A DNA stretch of 64,000 nucleotides from Chara braunii (Eukaryota > Plantae > Charophyceae). The notes under the pieces were generated by a model. It saw nothing but the letters and a program-made list of their open reading frames with translations. It was not told the DNA's origin and made no database searches. Below, in pieces: positions 49,797-61,710 of this stretch (position 1 is its first letter; every line of letters begins with the position of its first letter). The stretch covers positions 664,673-728,672 of the forward strand of contig BFEA01000027.1 of the NCBI GenBank assembly GCA_003427395.1, given 5' to 3'. Made by a program: the position numbers and the translations under genes.

Positions 49797-50872
49797 GTCA
49801 GTTTTCTGTTCCGTTGCATGTTACCCAGTTGGTCGACTTTGGCGTTTTGTCTTCGTTGGAGTTGCGGATCGGTCGTAGTTTGGTGAACTTATTGAAGGTT
49901 TTTTTTGGCCATAGAATACCCATGACTCCTTCCCTTATGGTTCAAGGTTTTCCAGAGTTCTCCACTATGTTGCTTGTGGTGATGTGGTGAAAACGGCGAA
50001 TTCTCTGCCCTCCGTTAACCCCGTGTTAGGTAACAATACCGCTTGTGGTGATAGCAATATGTGGAAGTTGGAATCGAACTGGTAGCACTGTTCATCTGAA
50101 CTCTTTGGAATGTCTCACATGTTTTATTCTCGACTTTGCCTGCGAAAGGTAGTGGTGGTTTAAGGAAAGAAACATTGTCTTGGGGATGTTAGAAACATTG
50201 TCTTGACGTTAGTAGCATGCAAGTGTGGCACTCCCGCTGTTGTTTTTTGTCTAAACCAGGTTCACATCTGTTTGTTGAAAGCGGTATCGGACAAGACCAT
50301 GTAGTGCTGTTGGTTTTTCTCTGAACCAGGTTCACATCTGAACCAGGTTTGCATCTTGCTGTTGGTTTTTGTCTGAAAGCCTTGTTGGCCTTCAAGGGTG
50401 GTAATACCGTGGTGTATAGATCTTTTTTCGTGGCCTTGAAAAAAGCCTAACGCCTCTAAACCGCCAGCGCTTATGACCCTTTCTTTGCCGAGCCTGGAAA
50501 TGGTCTGCGCGCCAGAAATAAAATGAACCCCGGCTTGTTTTCATTTTTGGCTGGGGCTGCCAGCCATTTAGCTCCAGCAGGACGTATCCTGAAAGTTGTG
50601 GCACGTGCACGTGGCTGTGTCGGAGAAAAATGGCTGGGAAACATACTGGTGGTTTAATTATTTATTAGCAAACCAAAGTCTAGATGTGCACGATGTGCGC
50701 TTTTTGTGGATCCAGGTCCGAACCTGGACCACATCTACTGATGTATGCTTGAAACTTGAACCAGATTTGAGCGGGACCAGATGTGCTCGTGTATATGTGA
50801 ACCAAGCCCCCTTAAGCTTGCCCAAAGTGCTTGATTGAAGCCGGTCTATATCTGAACCAGGTTTATGGTTCA

Positions 50873-50963
50873 GAGCCGGTCTATTTGAAGCCCCCTCAAT
50901 TGAGCCGGTCTATTTGAAGCCCCCTCAATTGAGCCGGTCTATTTGAAGCCCCCTCAATTGAGC
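50873..50963 (+). repeat. 29-bp tandem repeat x3
   Basis: gagccggtctatttgaagccccctcaatt at 50873, 50902 and 50931. Confidence 0.9.
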
Positions 50964-51232
50964 AACTGAGCCGTGTTGTTTTGGTCTCGAAACTTTAGGG
51001 GGGAGTTGGGGAGGGATTGTTGGCCTTCGAGCATCGTGTAAGCGTGCATGTGGTATATTTGTTGGTAGATCACTGTAAATGGCTATATGGATTAGGCGCA
51101 TTTGGGAAAATTTTCTCCCTTTGGCCCTGTGCAAAATGACTTCATTTACGCTGACGCTGCAGGCCTGGTCTGTCTTATGTTCCCTTTTTTTTTTCTTTTT
51201 TTTTTTTGCGTTCTTGTGGTTGATGGGTTCAG

Positions 51233-51326
51233 AAAGTTTGAAGATGCATGCTCAAAAATAGTCCAGGACGTTATTCTTCCGGAGCTGAGCTATGTGACGG
51301 AAGATAATGGACAGCAGGCTCTGCAG
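51233..51326 (+). CDS. Next internal exon of the same unknown protein
   Basis: Long poly-T tract, then ttcag|A AAG..(R)KFEDACSKIVQDVILPELSYVTEDNGQQALQ|gtgagg. Confidence 0.65.
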
Positions 51327-51779
51327 GTGAGGCTTCCTTTCATCTTTTGTTCCAGTTGGGAGGGCTTTACTCTGTTTAGACTCTAGAGGGGTTTTAAAAG
51401 GGGTCAAGGAATCGGGAGAGGGGGGAAGCAGGAAGGTTAAAATATCTCGAAAACGGAGATGAAAAAAAAGGAAAAACAACTTTCTGGTTATCCCATTGCC
51501 TCCAACGAATACCTCCACAACAACCACAGCCCCAGAGGACCTCTGAACCCCCCCCTCCCCCCCTTTTTCCCCCCCCCCCCCCCCCATTTTGTTTTTTTCC
51601 AGTGCAAACATCCCCAGGTGTTCCCCTCCACGTCCGGGCCCCCGCCAGGTGCGCGCGCTCATGTTTTGGTGTGCGTGCGTGCCCAAAAAGCGATTGAGCG
51701 CTTCTGAGCGCACACCGGGGGGCTTTGAGTGCATGTTTAAGCTCGTGCTCACGCGCTTCAGTGTGCTCAAACGGTTTCA

Positions 51780-52840
51780 CAGGCTGCGTCCATATCTTCC
51801 TGCAGTCTTCCGTTGTCCTGGAGTAACCGATTTCTCCAAGCCTTCCTGCAATCCACTCCCATCTTTTCGACCTCGTCATGCACGCTTGAGCACCTTTGGC
51901 GTCAGCCATAAGGGCGTCGTCCTCGCCGGCGAACTTCGCGAGGTCCAGTTTCTCCTCCAAAGACCACAGGTTGTTCTTCTTCACCGGTCGTGGTGAGGTG
52001 CACCCCTTCCTTTTCTGGCCACCCGCGGGAGGCAATTTGCTCCGATGAGTGACTCCTTCATGAGACTTGTCAGGTGCGGAGGGAGCCGTTCCATCATCGT
52101 CATCCTTGCCCGCTGTCTTCCCACGGTGTCCCATCCCCGGACCCTCGAGATATGCCTCCCCTACGATCCGCGGAAACCCGGCTGTGGCGTCACTCCTGCC
52201 TTCTTCCCGCCACTGGTGATATCCCCTGCTGTCCGATGCGCAGAAAAGGCCAGGTGAACTGCTTTCCCCCCCCCTCGCCTGCACCTCAACCAACATTCTC
52301 CTCTGGGGGACTTCTGTGTTTCTCGGCACTTTTGCAGCTCCACAGTTCAACGCGATGCGGATTGCAGGTGACGTGCCTTGACGCACTCTCCCCCCCCAAT
52401 CACTGATAGTTGTGCCGATTGCTGATCATTCACTCCATGCGGAGTTGGGCGGTCAGAACGGCCGCCTAATATCGTTCTGCGTATAGGAACTGGCGAGATG
52501 GGTGGCCTCATTGCTGCTCGAGGCTGGGACAACTGTCGTGGCTGATCTGGAGGGGAACCCCAAATGTTGGTGCATGCCATGGCCACCCCTTCCCGGAAAC
52601 CGAGCGAATGGAATGGCGCATGCGCCATGGTGTTTGCACCTTGCGAAGCAGATCTCTCCCGGCCATAACCTCCGAACGAACCTTTGCCGACACCGAGCTG
52701 CAGCACGTACCACCATGAAGGCGTCGATTGCACTGACTCGCTGCGTGGTTGTGTGCAATCACTCGCGTCAACCCCCACGTGACACGACCCCCACAAATCA
52801 CTGCAGTGAAACTACGTCCTTCCATGGCTACGCACGTGTC
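51780..52840 (-). pseudogene. Myb/SANT (trihelix-like) DNA-binding protein of PIF/Harbinger type, frameshifted and truncated after the domain
   Basis: WSLEEKLDLAK..MTRSKRWEWIAGRLGEIGYSRTTEDCRKIW at ~51790-51975 shows W-W-W trihelix spacing; the N-terminus is low-complexity. Confidence 0.8.
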
Positions 52841-53859
52841 CCTAGATATCGATAGTGCAAACAAATATCAGTGCTACCGACTTTTTTGTTTTTTTATAAT
52901 CTTATTGTCATAATTCCTTAGTTTTACAGTGACAAGTCATTTTGTGGTCACCTTTGGTCTTTCATTACTGAGGAGAGCTACCGCTACAACACCCAAACAA
53001 AGGAGAACAACAACGGCAAACACAACAAAAACGGATACAATCATAAACAATCCCCAGTGGAACATGTGCGAACCCCCCCCCCCCCNCAAACACAACAAAA
53101 ACGGATACAATCATAAACAATCCCCAGTGGAACATGTGCGACCCCCCCCCCCCCCCCTCCTCACAGTTGCCGACGTCGATGATGATCACCATCGTGCCGG
53201 TTGAATCTTGCAGGTACTGACACGAACAAGCCCTGCCACCTCCCAAAACACCATCTTGCGCAGCAGTTGACCATGGTGGGTGTGCGATGTACGGCCGTGC
53301 ATAACCCGTCCCCGCAACAGCCACATCCCGGTCTCTCAACCGTTCCTCCACGATCCGCACTCGACCGCCACAACGTTGAACTGCATGCGTGATGTTGTTC
53401 CCTTGGGGCAGGAAGCTTCTACTCGTGATGTTCGGACGAACAGCACGCACAACACTCCCAACTTCCACTGCACCAAGGGATGGCGCGTGGAGGGACAATG
53501 TTCGGCGGATGGAGGAGATGGAATTATGAAGTGGTACTCCAACACACCGACCACGTCCCCACAGCAGTTGCGCATCGGAGATGTACCTACCACGCATGAA
53601 GTCACCCGCAAGACCATGCACACGTCGGCTAACCGACGCCCATGGCACAGCGCGGCAACGAAGGTGGCGGACGACGTGCATGGGAAGCGCACGAGCACAC
53701 TGTCGATCGACGACTCCATGCCACGATAAACCCACAGATGCCGCATGCTGGGTGCAATAGCATATGGCCATGCATCGGTCGACTGGTGGCGACAACACCT
53801 CGTGCACCCCCATTCGAATTTGACTTTGAATTCGAAATGGCGGGCCCCCACCCGCCCAT

Positions 53860-54290
53860 TTCCATCCCGTCTCCAAGGGACCAACAGCCCCGGGCCCGGT
53901 TACGACCTGCAACGCACGCCCTGCCTGCTCACTGCTCCAGGACCGGGGTAGGCCAAGGGGCCAATTGGTGGGCGCGACCTTGGAAAGTACCCCGCCACTC
54001 CCTCCCCCACTCTCAACTTTCAGCACAAAATTGCGGCGAGATGTCCTCCGGAGCCACTTTTCCACGCCGCGGACGATGTGAAAACGGCCATATGCGTTCT
54101 TCCACGCCATTAATAGCAGGTTGTGGGGTTCTGGAAACCAGTATTTGGAAGACATTTCGCTTTCGCCAGAATGTCCTCCGCTGCCTGTGGGGTCCCGGAA
54201 ACAGTTTCGTGGAAACATTCTTCCTTTCCGCATTCCTGTGGGGTCCAACTCTTATTCTACCTTCCTGGGACAAAGCCCTATGATCGTTTG
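53860..54290. mobile_element. Subterminal region of a DNA transposon, homologous to 21250-21520
   Basis: Shared nucleotide blocks with the 21-kb segment; repeated tgtggggt(c/t)c motifs at ~54122, 54187 and 54238. Confidence 0.55.
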
Positions 54291-57020
54291 TTTTCTGCAT
54301 TGTGTGTTCTTTGAAACAAATATTTGAACAAAAAACTGCCAAAAAGTTCATGTCAGCATTGCTGGGTGGATCAAAAGAACAAGAATGCTCTTTTTTGAAA
54401 TTTTGTCTTTTTTCCAGCGAACAATGACTCTGGTAAGAGGCCGGGGTTCTTTTTCTTCTTTCATGTGAAAAACACAAGTGGAGGTATAGATGCTCTCAAT
54501 GGCAAGCTGGCAACAGGAATCGACCCTGCCAACTGCTAAATCAGTCACGTCATGAGGGGCTCTGACGACTCTGATCGTAGATATAGGAAAACCATGACAA
54601 CAACATGCACAATTTAGGTACAAAGAAACTTGGGGGCTGTACATGATGATTAAAAGGGGGGTAAAGGGGTGGGATTTACTTGTGTTCTGTTATTTACTCT
54701 CCAGACTTGCAATCCCAACCACTAGTAAGAAATTCTGAAGGGGTGTGATATACTTGACCAACATTTACCGATGAAATACGGTACGCTCGTTGTTTTCACA
54801 TCTCACGACTGTTTCCTCTTTCTGATGATTACAGTCTTCGCTGCCTGTGCCTAAGTATGCAGGTCTTTTGTGTTTGGTAGTGCACAGATATGTCCTCGCG
54901 CCAGCGGAAATGTATCATCGTTCGCAGAAGGGGACCCTGTTTTTTCTTGATATGTTGTGCCCTACTCGGGCGAAAAGCTGCAGCATCTTTTTGTGACATG
55001 TTCACATTCAACGGCCTCTTGCCAGCGGTGGACGGAATACTCTCCCTTTCTGATCAATAGACGACACCTGTGGGATGGTGATGGCATTCTTTAGGGTTCC
55101 CTGGCCATCCTTCTCCCAAAGAACAGGACATATGTTTTCGGATACTGAGGCACAAAAAGATTTCTTCTGCCATGTCTCCTTCTTTGTTGTTGTCGGTACA
55201 GAGTGTTAAAAAAGCAATTAGCTGAGTAATTCTCCAATATAGGCAAACAAAGGTCTTTAGCCCTAAGTCAATGCGTGCAGTAGTTGACTGGTCCAGAAAA
55301 CATTGGGCATCTTGTGCTATAGGCACTTGGTGTGACTGATACGGTTGCAGCAGAGATTACCTCTTCAAGTTTTTTGGTTAATGATACGTACATCAATCGC
55401 TGTGGTGTAGTTGCCACAACCTCATCCGCGCTTCACTGCAGAGGTAGGGCTCTGCATGAGTTGGGGGCTGGAGACCTGTAGACCCCTGGCACGTTCTTTG
55501 CTATGCATGTGACGTGCCAACTTCCAGACCTGCGCTATCTTTCCCCCCCCCTCCCTCTGTTTCTGTCTTTTTCTCGAATTTTGGGTGACCATCCGACGAG
55601 GCCTCTTTTTTTGTATTTTCATGAATGTAATATGTGAGGCCCTCGAATCAATTTTTGAAAATTTGTCGTTTTTTGCAAATTGGGAAGTACATGGGAATTA
55701 CGCGTGCCTTAGCGACCGCGCTAGGAATTTGGACCGACGGTTAGGAATTTCGGAATAAGCGGGATCCGGCGTGTCCTTTCTTGTGCATGGATATTCGCAA
55801 CGTCGTCTTGGAAACCTCTGGGAATTTTCGCAGAAATCTGAATAGGCATAGGACTTTCCCACGCGCCCGCTTTGCCGCGCGGATATGGTATTAGTCTTTG
55901 CGACATGCATGCGACAGCGCCATGCTCGGTGCCCTTTTTGCCTTTGCGACAGCGCCATGCATGCAAGCCTCCCCTCCCCGCTTCCCCCGCTGCCCTTGAC
56001 ACTCCCTTCCTCGCGCTCATGTTCCTCCTCTCTCTGTAACCGTTTTCCATCTCCCCATCGCCTTGCACACCTTTTCTCTCCTTGATCGTCTGAATCTTGG
56101 TTCCGTTCCGCGCTATTCTTCGCGCTCTTCTTCTTCCCGCTCTGATCTCCCGCACCGAAACACCAGGTTGACCCCCTATCACTCCCTCTAGCCAAAGAGA
56201 CACGCCGTGTAAGAGGAAAATTCCTGATACACGACGATTCTGATTGGCTGCAGCTGGGATCCAAAGGATCGACATGGCTTTCAACGGGCAACCGCTGAGT
56301 CCTTTCCTACTCCTCCCTGTCTCCGTTCTAACCCTTCCTAGCATCTATCCTTTCTTCCGCAGCTATAAATTTCGCAAGCACTCCCGAAACTCACTCTTTC
56401 GACTCATCAGCCCGCTTCCAAGAAGCCGTGGCTAGATTGTATGAAGGAAGGTGCGAGTCGAAAAGTCCCGACGAGCGGGCCGTAGTCTTGGCGCTCGGCA
56501 TGTTGGATTGCTCAACGGACTGTGGGATCCGAGCAGGGCCGCGCAGAGGCTAAGTTGGCGGGGTGACGATCGCTATGGTGGATTGGCACGTGACGGCCGG
56601 GATCGTCAGTGCAAGTGAGATGTTCGAGTCGGAAGTGAGTGAGTGCATGGCCCAAGGCCATGGTGGAATTTTATGACAGCAGTGGTTTCTCTCCTTTCTG
56701 CTCTAAAGTTTGTATCTTCGAATGTGAGTTTTGATCGCTCGACTTTTAAGCTAGGACATCTCTGGGTAAGATCCCCTGACATTTTGTGGTTGCTTTCTAC
56801 TCGTTTCTCCCTCCTGGTCTGCGTCCATACTCTCGTTCCTCTGGTCGCGACATGTCAGGCTGGATGAATTATGCCAACTTTGCTTCTCTCACTTCGGTAC
56901 GTACATGCAGTGAGCCGTGATTAGAGATTTTGTTGTAGCATGATTGCAAGGATGATTGGCTGAGTGACTGAATGATCGGGTTGCCTGGATTGTCAAAGGA
57001 ACGATGTATGATAAAGACCT

Positions 57021-57572
57021 GTGCTTACCTTTGTTGCCATGTGGACTGATGGCCCCAACCCGGCCGGGCGCCGATTTCCCGTGCCCCCGCTGCGCCCCTT
57101 CCCGTACAACGAGGAAAGGACACGTGTATGCGAGTGGGACATACGAGAAGCCGTCGCCAAGATCGGAGGGCGTTACCACTTTCCTCCCGAAACTCGGTGC
57201 TCTGGATTCGTTGGTGCGGGTTTTGTTATCATCGATACGCACTTTGCGCCATATTCGTTGCTGTTGCCCTTTAACAAACTGATCGTCGTCCCGTGGGCGG
57301 CAGTGGAGCCTCATTGGCCTAACACTCTGTGTAGTGATTGTCATCGCCTCGAGCGTTATCAGGCCAAAGGGTTCCACTATCGCACACGCGGCGAGGACGA
57401 ACATAAAGAGTAGGCAATTCGGTTGAGGCCCTCCACGTCGGATTCAGAGTTGTGTAACGAGTGCCGACGCGACCTCATCCGAAAGCGTGATACCACATGT
57501 GTACCCGCCCCCTTTCACGCGAAACAAAGAGCGACGGCTCGTTGGGAAGTCCAACGATATTTTTTGGATTGA
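57021..57572 (+). pseudogene. Small unknown Cys/His-containing protein with a 90-nt intron (57214-57303) and one in-frame TAG (57411); paralogue of 11805-12274
   Basis: FPYNEERTRVC / EAVAKI / FPPETRC / HWPNTLCSDC / GFHY / AIRLRPSTSDSEL / PAPF / EVQRYFLD*; a TATA-like ctataaat lies at ~56363. Confidence 0.7.
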
Positions 57573-60526
57573 ATTTCCCATAGCTGCAAGTCCCGCGCGC
57601 GCCTTTTTCTCCCTTAAAACCTGCACGGCTACGGACCTTCTTCTTACTATAGTCGGTCCAACACAGGGGATTTCAGTCCCGTCTGTGTCCCCGGACTCAA
57701 TTTTCCAAAAATCCTTGGCAGACCCCACCATCGCTGCCTTTCCCAGGCCCCTTCAGCGAACCACATGCTCCGACCGGAAGGTAGCGCAGGGCGTGAGGTT
57801 GAGCATCATATGCACTGCGCCCGTTGATGGTGATGGGGGGCGCGGGGGGGGGGGGAGAAGAAAGTTGTTCCTATTGCAAATCTACACAACATATTGTTTT
57901 TCCATATTGTTATGATCTTTGAAAATTCTGTTCAGCCCTCGTACAATCAATTTACGGAATAGAATCCCCGGGCGTTTTAAATGAACAATAGAACATCCAC
58001 CGGGTGTCACATTCCTACACAAGGCCTGGGCAAACCAGGATTTGTTCTTTCCTTCTGCCTCTTCCATTCACCTCTCACATGCTGTCTTCCCCGCGTGCTT
58101 TTCCCTCCAAGTTACTAAAGGCCAGATCCCAGTGGGAAAGAGGATTGGAATGAGAGTCTGAATCTGGACGTGTTCCACACAGATGCAGAAAAGTAGACCA
58201 ATCACAAAGTTTTGCACCTGTCGACAAACACGTTGACATTCAGACACTTACTACAATCCTCTTTGTCAGTGGGATCTTGCCTTAAGAACTCAAACCGGAG
58301 GAAGCAGAGAGTGGCTGTGCTACATTTATTATGTCTTTTAGCAAGTATTCATTCAACATGCCGGTGGATTGGGAGGGTACTGACGCTCCTCCCCAGAATG
58401 GGCAAGGAGTCAGGACCATAGGCACCTGTTCCTGGGAAAAGAAACAAGAACCTTATTCACATTACAGATAATAATTAACACACATGCCCTCTCGGGCAAA
58501 TTAGCGAACCTGTATGACGGGGCACACACATATCGTGTGCACAGACACAGAAAACCCTCTACACAAGCTTACAGACAGCCAAGCATAGTACTGCGGAAAC
58601 CCACAAGCTTACACACAGACACACATAGTCCTGCAAACACCTGCCTACATGCTCGACTATTTACCTTCACCTAAGCATCATACACCCAAATTTACCTTCA
58701 CCCAACCGCACACCCAAACCTCTGCGGGCAGACACTCCCACTCCCCACTAACTCCTCCCCCCCTCACCCGACCACACACCAAAACCTCTACGGGCAGACA
58801 CTCCCACCCCTCACTAACTCCCCCCCCTCCCTTTCCTTCNNNNNNNNNNNNNNNNNNNNNNNNNNNNNNNNNNNNNNNNNNNNNNNNNNNNNNNNNNNNN
58901 NNNNNNNNNNNNCCCCCCCCCCCCCCTCCCCCTTCCCCCCAAACACATGCACACACTCACACGCAGAGGTAACCTGAAAGGGTAGTGGTTTTGCACAGGA
59001 AAAAGGAGGAGAAAAATACAGCTAAGCTGAATTCAGGCCAAAATTTCGTCTTCCAAATTGCATTTGGTCGAAATTTGTGCTCTCCCAGACGGCTGAATAA
59101 AGTGCACGTGCAGAGAACCTAAGAATGGCCTACTTTCCGAAGCTGTCTGCCAAATCGATAGTGATTCCTATTGCTAAGAAGGAACAACGTGTTAGTTCCA
59201 CTCACAGACTACGAGGCGAACAGCAGAAGATGCTGTTGATTTAGAAGAACACAATCGAAACCCGACTATACACTCGTCTACTTTACGTGTAGCTGGACAT
59301 GTTCAAAGAGGGTGTAAGACTTTACACCCGTCTACTTTACGTGCAGCTGGACATGTCAAAAGAACCAACCACCTGGCACTTTTGTATGCGTGCGAAAACG
59401 CAACTGTGTGCAGCATTGCACGCTTCACTTGCATACTCCACAATGTGTTGAAGAGGACACTGCGGCAAATGTATGCTCCAAGATACATGGATATGGCTTT
59501 GCACTGAGCGAAGTAGCACATACCTGCCATAATGGGTCTGATTGCTGGCGTTTCACTACTGCATCGCGTGCCTAGACCACGCCAGCAGACATTCCCTCAC
59601 CATTATCCCTCGAAACTAGGAAGGTGAACAGGGACTTGGTCCCAGGACCCTATCGCTTCAACCCTACGGGATCCTTTATTCTTCGCCATCTGTCAAACAA
59701 CTGCTAGCATTCCACATTTCCATCCTTTGATTCAGGAAAAAAACTGGATTGGTTCAGACGTGCATTACGCTTTCTGCTGTCACAGTAGCTGCATCTGAGA
59801 GCGCATATAGCAAAAAAGTCCTCTGCGCTGAGGATGCACTAAGTCTGCTTGTTTATGCCAGAATCCAGCACGGACGTGTAGCGCAACGGAGCACGGGTAC
59901 GGCGATGAAACTGGACGTGATACTGAAAGGATGCAATGATGCATGCTTCGCATGCGACTGTACTTCATCTGCAAGTGCACTCGCTGATTTGTTCTAAATC
60001 AGGGAGCGCAAAGGTTTATCCCATAGCCCCTCAATCAGACGAATGCAATCGCTGCAGTCTCGCTGAAACCATAGGGCTGGAGCAGGGGTAAGAGGACAGA
60101 CCGGACATGAGGTAAAAGGGCTGCGTGCTTTGCACGCGACTGTTTTGCGTCTGAAACTACACTCACTGCTGTGTTCTAAACCAGGCACTGCAAAGGTTTT
60201 CCCCATAGCCCATCCAGCAGACGAATGGAATCGCCGCAGTGTCGCTGAAACTATAAGGCCGCAGGAAAATGGTCAAGTGTGACCAGAGCTGCAAGCCAAA
60301 CTGTCAACGAATGACACCGACCTCCGTTTCATGTACTACGGACAAAGGCAAGCACTGCAGTTCTGTCGGCAAGGAAAGGACGGACAAGAAACTTCAACAA
60401 AGGTTAAATGTGAGCAGAAAACTATGTATTCAATCAGCAGACACCCCACCTGCTAACGGCGAGTGTGTAAAAGCCACCAGTGTTAGTCTCCAGGAGCCTT
60501 GACGACGATACTTGGAGGCGACAATC

Positions 60527-60755
60527 ACGCGCTGCACATCTCAGAAGGCCATCATTCATGACTTGTACGCGCTGCACATCTCAGAAGGCCATCATTCATG
60601 ACTTGTACGCGCTGCACATCTNNNNNNNNNNNNNNNNNNNNNNNNNNNNNNNNNNNNNNNNATCATTCATGACTTGTACGCGCTGCACATCTCAGAAGGC
60701 CATCATTCATGACTTGTACGCGCTGCACATCTCAGAAGGCCATCATTCATGACTT
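60527..60755 (+). repeat. 40-bp tandem repeat spanning an N gap
   Basis: acgcgctgcacatctcagaaggccatcattcatgacttgt; period 40. Confidence 0.92.
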
Positions 60756-61060
60756 GCTACACTCGTCTTCTAGACGATTCATCTGCAACTTCAAACCTTG
60801 AAGCTGGGGAGATGCACCAAAAGTCAGCATCATAATTGGCACAGCAAGTGGACAGAATGAGGTCCCGCTGGGCAAATCAACAAATGCTCATCGACCGCCT
60901 TTGCAGCAACAGCATTGTCGCAGTTGCTGCAAGAACAGCTCATGTCAAAATCTGACAATTATCCTCATTGCTACTGTGAGTGATGAATAGCGAACACTGA
61001 TTCAGCACCATAGTCATCATGAAAAAGACTTTAAAAGAGCCATCATCATTGCTGGGGCTG

Positions 61061-61257
61061 TCAAGAGATTGATTGCGCATAGGCTAAGAGCCTCGCGGTT
61101 CCTTCTACCCAGAGTTGATATTCGTAGGTGGAATTTGTTTCAAACTCCAGGTCCCCGCGGTTTGTGTGAAGTCTGAAATATCTGTGTTCCTCGCCATTCT
61201 CGAGTAGGGATCTTCCAGGCCATGGAGATACATCGCCACTTATGCCAAGCACCAAAT
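61061..61257 (-). CDS. FORKED1/VAN3-binding-protein-like (DUF828 + plant PH_2) protein, terminal exon
   Basis: cag|(Y)LVLGISGDVSPWPGRSLLENGEEHRYFRLHTNRGDLEFETNSTYEYQLWVEGTARLLAYAQSIS*; WPGR, RYF.L.T.RG..EF and W..G..RLL are PH_2 hallmarks. Confidence 0.88.
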
Positions 61258-61655
61258 CTGAGGGAAGAAGATATCACAGCCGACAGCAGACCCAAGAACA
61301 GTAAAACCATGTCAGTCTTTGGCTCATCATCTCTCTAGAAACTGATGTTGCTAGCACAATGCTGCACTGCCGAGACACTGCATATCATGAACAACAGTAC
61401 AATCATGGCGCCTTTCCGCAGCGTATACTGGGCCAAGTACTGGTGCTTCAAATGCATCAATCCTGAACTTGTCTGAATAGAAAAAACAGAGATCCAACTA
61501 CTTGGGTTCTGTGGTCACATTGCCTATTCAAAGCTGCTTATTGTCCAAATGACATTGAAATTGATTGAATGGGGAGCATTTTAAGGGAGTTGTAGAGGAG
61601 CAAAGTTTTTCAACTTGTAACAAGACTGCCACAGCTGCAAACTTCAGGCACTCAC

Positions 61656-61710
61656 ATTTCTTAGTGTTTGTGATCCCTCCCATGACTTTGTTCTGAAGCC
61701 GCACAGCCAC
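61656..61710 (-). CDS. FORKED/VAB-like penultimate exon; upstream exons probably beyond the window end
   Basis: ttgcag|VAVRLQNKVMGGITNTKK T|gtgagt; 55 nt, phase 1 matching the terminal exon. Confidence 0.85.

Noticed and set aside
53018-53160. ~69-bp tandem duplication
   Set aside because: Near-identical copies flank a single N at 53086 next to poly-C; probable assembly artefact.
52965-54248. 427-aa ORF as Harbinger transposase
   Set aside because: No DDE motifs (GAIDG, GSxHD) were found in the listed ORFs or in the part translated by hand in all three minus frames. It is a GC-rich open frame through non-coding TE sequence.
57345-57404. Glycosyltransferase-like EPFGLITLEAM on the minus strand
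   Set aside because: An isolated motif with no other GT-B features. The plus strand encodes the conserved orphan protein shared with 12 kb.
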